A stretch of DNA of 63,782 nucleotides, counting the filler, from Collodictyon triciliatum (lineage: Eukaryota), in the NCBI GenBank assembly GCA_043381765.1. It is 11 parts of 11 records of this genome, joined end to end, with 100 filler letters (N's around TTAATTAATTAA, not from the genome) between each part and the next. Parts side by side here need not be neighbours in the genome. Positions count along the whole stretch, not along the records: positions 55,693 to 61,770 come from JBHJMP010004723.1; positions 61,871 to 63,782 come from JBHJMP010004783.1; 9 more parts are not named here. One strand, written 5' to 3'. Positions 58,895 through 63,782 of the stretch are shown in pieces. The notes beneath the pieces are model-generated. The model had not been told where the DNA came from, did not search any database, and saw only the letters and a program-made list of their open reading frames with translations. Both the position numbers and the translations under genes were made by a program. The first letter of the stretch is position 1; each line of letters begins with the position of its first letter.

Positions 58895-60459
58895 CAAGGG
58901 TTTCTGACGGCGGCCCTGGTGTGTCGAACCTTATTCTGGAAAAGGCCAAACCTGAAGACGACGATGATATCATAGTCCAAGGCCCCGCCGACCAAGATGT
59001 AATGTCGCATATCATTGTACTATCAGTTTTCTTGCTTCCAGTTTTTCTACTTTAATCGAATATACAAAATTCCAAATATACAGGCTGTTTTCGGGCAAGA
59101 TGGAGATGGAGGCGAAAATCATGGTGTGAAAATATCCCATCAATATTATAATGTGTGCCATAATCCGGGAGAAATGTATCGAACCAACTTTGCCCCAAGT
59201 ATCGAATCTAAGTGTAACTAACTGGGTGAAAAATCAAAAAAAAAAAAACTCTTTCAATAGGCAAACTCATGCGTGGTATTTTGGAGTCGAAGAGAGAAGC
59301 AGAAGAGGTACCCCTTTACGACTGAAAAAGAGCACAGCCTTTTACTGAAAGAAATGTTTATGCATATCTTTTCATTGCCTTTTTTTTCATTCGCATTTTT
59401 TTCTTCATATAGCTAAGCCTTAATCGTATTCTAGGCGGCAGCTAAAGAAAAAGAAGAAGCGCAGGCCAAGAAAGATGCGGCTGGAGGAATCATTATCCAT
59501 CGCGACAAGAAGAAAGAAGGGACAAATTTTGAAAAAGAGGTATATCTGTCATTTACCTGCGAATTTTGACTCATCTCTTTCCATTGGTCACTTATTGACT
59601 TTTTTTTTCTAAAAACAAACCAAATAAGCTATGCTGAAAAAATATCTGGTTGTGTCCTTTTAGTTCTATAAGTCGAATAATTAATTTCGCATGGCCCTAT
59701 CAGATTGACAAACTTCGGGAGAATTTACAAGTACTCTGCCGAAGCGCCAACCCACTCGGGCGAGCGATGGACTACATGCAAGAGGACCTGGAGAGGTAAT
59801 AGCTGATATATTCTGGTTTGTACTCGTCTTATTTCTTTTCTTTCTGTCAAATATAATTGAACTTTGGCCATCTACCACCACCACCTCGGTTTATTCTTGT
59901 AACTGTTCTTGTTCTTGTTCTTGTTCTTGTTCTTGTTCTTGTTCTTGTTCTTGTTCTTGTTCTTGTTCTTGTTCTTGTTCTCTTTCAACACATTAGATAT
60001 ATCTAATATGCCTGTGTTGGTTAGCATGGTGAAGGAAATGGAAATGTGGAAGAACGAAGTGAAGATTCAAACCGGCTCACTTGACGAAGAGATGAGGTAG
60101 TCCATGAAGCAGACCGGATGAGTGAAATCTGCCACCCTGTTTTCATTTTATTCATGTACGTGGTTTGTTTTGACCGCATCTAACATCGCAGAGCCACGGA
60201 ACAGTCCCTCACCCCCCTGCAAAGCAAGCTGCTGGAGATGGACACCGAAATCAAAGAGCGCATCAACAAAATTGACAGTATGAAAAGCCAGATTCTCAAG
60301 GTGAGTGTTTCACGAAGATGACAGCTCCCTTCATGGTGATTTCATCTCATTCAATCCCCGATTTGCCAAAGTCCCTGATTAACGACCGATGCAACATGCA
60401 ACATCCACACACAGAATGACCAAGCCATCCAGAAGATGATGCGGATGGTGGTCTCCTAG
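56373..60459 (+). CDS. TRAF3IP1: Intraflagellar transport protein 54 (TRAF3IP1/MIP-T3), apparently complete
   Basis: [98 protein letters not shown] and KSQILKNDQAIQKMMRMVVS*. Confidence 0.96.
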
Positions 60460-61172
60460 ATCGATATCTTTTGTTTCTACTCCATCTCTTTTATTCCCTT
60501 TGCGCTTGTGGTGACTGTCGCCGCCGTCTGTCTTTCGAAACCAGAGGATTGTCCAGACCTACGAATCTCACTCACCTCTCCTCTTTCACTTTCTATTCTT
60601 TCCCTTTTTCTTTTTCTTTTTCTTTTTCTTTTTCTTTTTCTTTTTCTTTTTCTTTTTCATTTTCATTTTCATTTTCATTTTTTTCTCTAAGTTCTTTTGC
60701 TTTTGTCGTTACTCCCCTCTCGAAGATTACGATTCAGACGTTTTTGCCCAACCGACTTGTCCAACTGCTTTTGCTTAAACTCATTAATAAATCAGATTGA
60801 AACACTCGACCAGCCTCTCATCTTCCGGCAGCCAGAATTCTACCTTCAAACCCCGATTCTCTATCTTTTGTCGAAACACAAAAACTCCAACCACAATCCG
60901 GGATTTTTCGCTGTCTTGTCCGCAGCTCATTATCGCCTCAGAGGCAAAAGCGGTTTCCTCGGCTTTGTTTTTTTCTTTCAGTAAAATGTTGCAGAAACAG
61001 CCGAAAATGAAAGCCAGAAACCAATGCCCAACTCACAAATCATGCTGCGAAGAAAAGATATAACCACCGCAGGCTATGATACATTCCATGCTGCTGTTTC
61101 ACATGGCTTCATTTTCTTGGGACACTGGTGCTTGGCCTCGTGGGCCTGTCCTGAGTTTGGGCGTGAGCGGAC

Positions 61173-61641
61173 TCACTGAGTCAGCTTCTTCATCACTTCT
61201 GCAATCCTCTTCTCACTCAGCTTTGTCTGTCGATGATTCGGACCCGATGTTGCCTTCAGGATGGCACTTGCCTTGTGGTACATCTCCAGAGCTTCGGAGT
61301 ACTTTTTCGCGGCCTCGCACTGAGCTCCGATGTTGCTGTACGAGTCTGCCACGTCCACGTGCATTTCGCCAAACAGACTCAGTCGTATCGCAAGGGCCTT
61401 CCGGTAGCTCTCTGCAGCCTTTTCGTAACTGCACAAGAGAGCGATGCAGTTGGGGATTGGCCTAGATGGGCAGAATGTCGTCTATGTAGTTAAAAAAAAA
61501 ATGCAAAACGCACCTGCCGATGCACTTGTGCGCTGCTGCGATGCTGTTGTGTGCCGTGGCTACGCTTGGGTGGTTCGTTCCATAGATTTTTTCTCGCACT
61601 TCAAGGTCTTTGCCAAAGTATTCCAGTGCCTTATCGTGCCT
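61173..61641 (-). CDS. 3' exons of a kinesin-light-chain/nephrocystin-3-like TPR protein
   Basis: KALEYFGKDLEVREKIYGTNHPSVATAHNSIA and YRKALAIRLSLFGEMHVDVADSYSNIG are 42-aa TPR units; stop at 61173. Confidence 0.88.
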
Positions 61642-61814
61642 GTGAGGAGTTGCGCAAGAGATGTCGGTGGTTGGTTTCATTTCTTTTTTTTTTTGTTTTT
61701 TTGTTTGTTTTTTGTTTGTTTTTTGTTTGTTTTTTGTTTGTTTTTTGTTTGTTTTTTGTTTGTTTTTTGTNNNNNNNNNNNNNNNNNNNNNNNNNNNNNN
61801 NNNNNNNNNNNNNN

Positions 61815-61826
61815 TTAATTAATTAA
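61815..61826. other. Artificial contig-joining spacer
   Basis: TTAATTAATTAA between N runs. Confidence 0.97.
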
Positions 61827-61974
61827 NNNNNNNNNNNNNNNNNNNNNNNNNNNNNNNNNNNNNNNNNNNNAAAAANNNNNNNNNNNNNNNNNNNNNNNNN
61901 NNNNNNNNNNNNNNNNNNNNNNNNNNNNAAACAAAAAAAAAACAAAAGAAAAAAAGAAAAAAAGAAAAATGCTA

Positions 61975-63521
61975 TGACTTCCTCGGATATGGGGAAAATA
62001 GAAAACATAATAGTCTACAGTCATCGAGGGACCGGTTATCATACAACAACGTGTTTCCCCTTCTAGCCTCTTTTAATTTCAAGCACGAAGTGGAAGGAAA
62101 TGCTTACTAGAAAAGGCGTTTTGATACCTTAGAAATAGTAACGGTATTGATAAAGTAATTATTGTATCGAGATGGAAATGCAATCGCCAAAGAGCGAGAA
62201 AGGTATATAGCTAGAAATAATATAAATTGCTAGATACTAAGGAAGATGAGGTATAGATGAGGGAAGGAATTGTTTGAGTTGGCGGATAAGGCCCACACAA
62301 AAGAATAATATAAGAAAAAAAGGGATCTGAGTTGGGGAAGCTTCAAATATAGGCTCTTATACGACAATTCGGCCTCTCTTTGAGTAAAAAAGAAACCCGA
62401 CCGAGTAAAATAGGAAGAACCAGGGAAATGCTATGTCTAAAGAAAATCTCGCGTACTGATACATCTCTGAGTGGTCCCGAAATAGAGAGACAGGGAAGAA
62501 GATGTACACACACCACGAAACCATCTTTGCAAACAGAACGCCTCCCGGCTCAGGTCTTTGGAACATGGTAAAAGTTATGCGGTCGTGCAAGAAGGAAACG
62601 AATGGAACAAGGACACACATCCATCCAGACCATGGTCCATAAGAGGCCGTGGTTAAGGAACTGTATTGACAAAAAAAAAATAATAATAAAGATTTGAATA
62701 TCAAAAGTCAATTGACCTGAAACCCAACAAGGAGACTATTAATTAGGTCTGTATCTTGACCCTTGATACTGCGGCAATTAATAACCATATGATGACTTTA
62801 ATATAATATCCTTCAAAATAGAACATGACTTACACAAGGGACAGGATGGAAACCAGAATGCAGCACAAAACGTAAATAGACAAAATAACTCCAGACAAGC
62901 GCGCTTGTGAATAAGGAATGAAATATAAGACGCCAGATCGAGACTCAGTATTGGCCTGAATGTATAATCATTTTTGAGCTTGTCATTCAAATGCGCCAAT
63001 GTCGAATACTCTGATGCCCATAGTAGTAATGTTTTTCAATCGAAAACTTTTGTATTTTTGATTGGTTAAGTTACTTACTGAGCGAATCCTTGAAAGAAAG
63101 CTGAGAATCTCACTTTCATAGAGTCCAGCAAAGGGGTTCAGAGATTGTCCGATTTGAATGCTTTGCAATAGTAGCTCATTGTCGTCATTAAGAGAGTTAC
63201 GGGTAAATTCCTAAGTGTTGCAGGTATCCCTTATAAATTTACAGCAGTGTGAACATGTATTAAATATGTTTTAAGAGGGGTTTTTTTTCTATTCACCAGT
63301 CTTAGAGCTGATGAGTGAAGGTAATTGTAGTCAGTCCCAATGAATTGGGCTATACGTCCAGCATCGGGCGAAGTGCTTTGTGCATCCTGTCTGGATGTTC
63401 TACGGGATATTGTTTCTTCCAAGGTGTTTGGAAGAGGTGTCACGCTTGATGTAGCTTCATATGGATTCTGGCGCAGAACTCGAACAACAATGGGACTTGC
63501 ATCTTCCCTCACTTGGACCAT
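61975..63521 (-). CDS. Hypothetical spliced gene fragment, unknown product
   Basis: A chain of moderately long minus-strand open segments (63231-63521, 62983-63168, 62778-62999, 62357-62704); no motif recognised. Confidence 0.25.
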
Positions 63522-63782
63522 TCTACTGATACTGCATTTGAATAAACACGTTACACTTAAACTCCACCACGTTCACGTAGCCACGACTCATCAGGTTGTT
63601 GGTTCAAGATGGAAAATTAAAATAAATTCTTCGTTATTTTCATGATGTTTAATTAAAAAAAGTACGTGTCAGCGAGCCCTTCCATATGTGATTCATCCTG
63701 AGGTTTGGATAGAGTCCTCTCTTCATTCAGAGAAAGCTTATCGCCATCATTTGTCAGCAGAGTTGGGGGCGCAGGGACGGCA

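Noticed and set aside
54001..60459. Ciliary gene cluster AK9 + IFT54
   Set aside because: Separated by the artificial linker at 55637-55648; the adjacency reflects contig size ordering.

Overview
Intron-rich, AT-rich nuclear DNA from a probably flagellated microbial eukaryote (IFT54 and AK9 are present); the reconstructed exons read in the standard genetic code. The window is not one locus. It is a concatenation of 11 assembly pieces: ten of about 6.08-6.09 kb plus a final partial one. They are joined by an artificial 100-bp spacer (44 N + TTAATTAATTAA + 44 N), and most pieces break at intronic simple repeats, so gene adjacency across spacers means nothing. Splicing exons by eye gives these genes, many of them partial: UPF2, homoaconitase (LYS4-type), STK19, a YEATS protein, TMF1, a SAM methyltransferase, two RING proteins, LDAH, a sulfotransferase, AK9, IFT54/TRAF3IP1 and a TPR protein. 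The window also holds tRNA-His(GUG) and a 5'-truncated non-LTR retrotransposon fragment. Three genes have the most unusual architectures: (i) a predicted N-myristoylated ankyrin + catalytically degenerate HAL2/SAL1-like phosphatase + TPR fusion; (ii) a protein with about 90 EEPK(A/V)E(A/V)V repeats and capping-protein-interaction, WH2-like and DFRxxL actin-related motifs; (iii) an intron-containing, bacterial-style TM-dCache-TM-HAMP receptor. All family calls come from motif recognition, without database searches.
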